A program made the translations under genes and the position numbers. From Mobula hypostoma (lineage: Eukaryota), in NCBI RefSeq assembly GCF_963921235.1, contig NC_086108.1:102736001-102800000 (forward strand): a stretch of 64,000 nt of DNA. The letters run 5' to 3'. Below are positions 63,155-64,000 of this stretch, in pieces. Numbering within the stretch: position 1 is the stretch's first letter; each line of letters begins with the position of its first letter. The notes beneath the pieces were generated by a model. It saw only the letters and a list, made by a program, of their open reading frames with translations, had not been told where the DNA came from and searched no databases.

Positions 63155-63340
63155 TAGATTCTGCAGATGCTCAAAATCCAGAACAACACACACAACTGGA
63201 GGAACTCAGCAGGTCAGTCAGCATCTGTAGAGAGGAATAAACAGTCATTGTTTCGGGCCAGAACCCCTCAAGTTCTAATGAATGGACTCAGCCCGAAACA
63301 TTGAATGTTTATTCCTCTCCATAGATGCTACCAGACCTAT
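63155..63340. mobile_element. Penelope-derived palindromic repeat
   Basis: gattctgcagatgc...gaggaataaacagtc...cccgaaacattgaatgtttattcctctccatagatgct. Confidence 0.7.
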
Positions 63341-64000
63341 CCCCGTGTATTTCAAACTTTCGTTTTTTATGTGATTATCTGATCCATCCATCAGTATTCA
63401 AGATCAATCACTGCTTGTGAAACACAAATGATATAAAAATAATTTGTAAATCACCATTAATGCATCCTTCCAGTCGTGATTTCCATAACCAGCCAAAAGG
63501 AAGAGCTTTCCACTATTTACCAGAACAAAATATCTCATAACTTTGAACACTTTTCTACTAAACATGGCCTGTGTTTGGAATATGTCAGAAGAAATAGCGG
63601 AGTTGTTATTTGAAACTATGGTCTTATGGTATTGTTAAAACTGGTGCACAACAGGAGACCAGACGTTGCTGATCTACCTGTGCATGAATTTGGTACAGCT
63701 TTTACATCCTCACCGGACGAGTTTACACAGAAACTTGATTAACAGTGTAACTAGCTTTTAATAATGGAATAAAATGATTATCCACAAATCTAACTTCGTT
63801 AAGAGTCAATCCAATTTCCTATTTCCCACAATGGGTGCACACTATAACATAATTAATGAAGTTTCTGAAACTTAACTGTCCTTACTGCCGCAGTCAGTGT
63901 CTCTACTTCTAGGCTTTATCTACAGTTAATCACAAACATGAGAGAGTCTGCAAATGCTGGAATTCTGTGCAGATCAGAAATAACATCTCCACCTCACTGG

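Overview
Eukaryotic, repeat-dominated window with no identifiable host protein-coding gene. It reads as intronic or intergenic DNA of a vertebrate, most likely a cartilaginous fish (ray/skate-like). That assignment is an inference from the mix of CR1/HER1-type LINEs, HE1-like V-SINEs and very abundant Penelope-derived repeats. Almost every interpretable ORF is a decayed retroelement or transposon fragment: CR1, Rex1/Babar, RTE, HERO-like restriction-endonuclease LINEs, Penelope (RT and GIY-YIG), a near full-length IR/DR Tc1 transposon, Tc1- and hAT-derived MITEs, an intron-containing hAT-like transposase 5' fragment and a solo LTR with an exact 4-bp TSD. Four patterns stand out. (1) A high-copy family of short Penelope-derived, often palindromic insertions has a consensus carrying a minimal, loop-less-stem-III hammerhead ribozyme motif. 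(2) A tRNA-headed SINE has a 3' tail that matches an RTE LINE in the same window. (3) Several non-autonomous RTE-derived families are present. (4) Many nested insertions with readable TSDs give a relative chronology. All family assignments are by-eye motif recognition, not database searches. Boundaries without a stated TSD or TIR are approximate.
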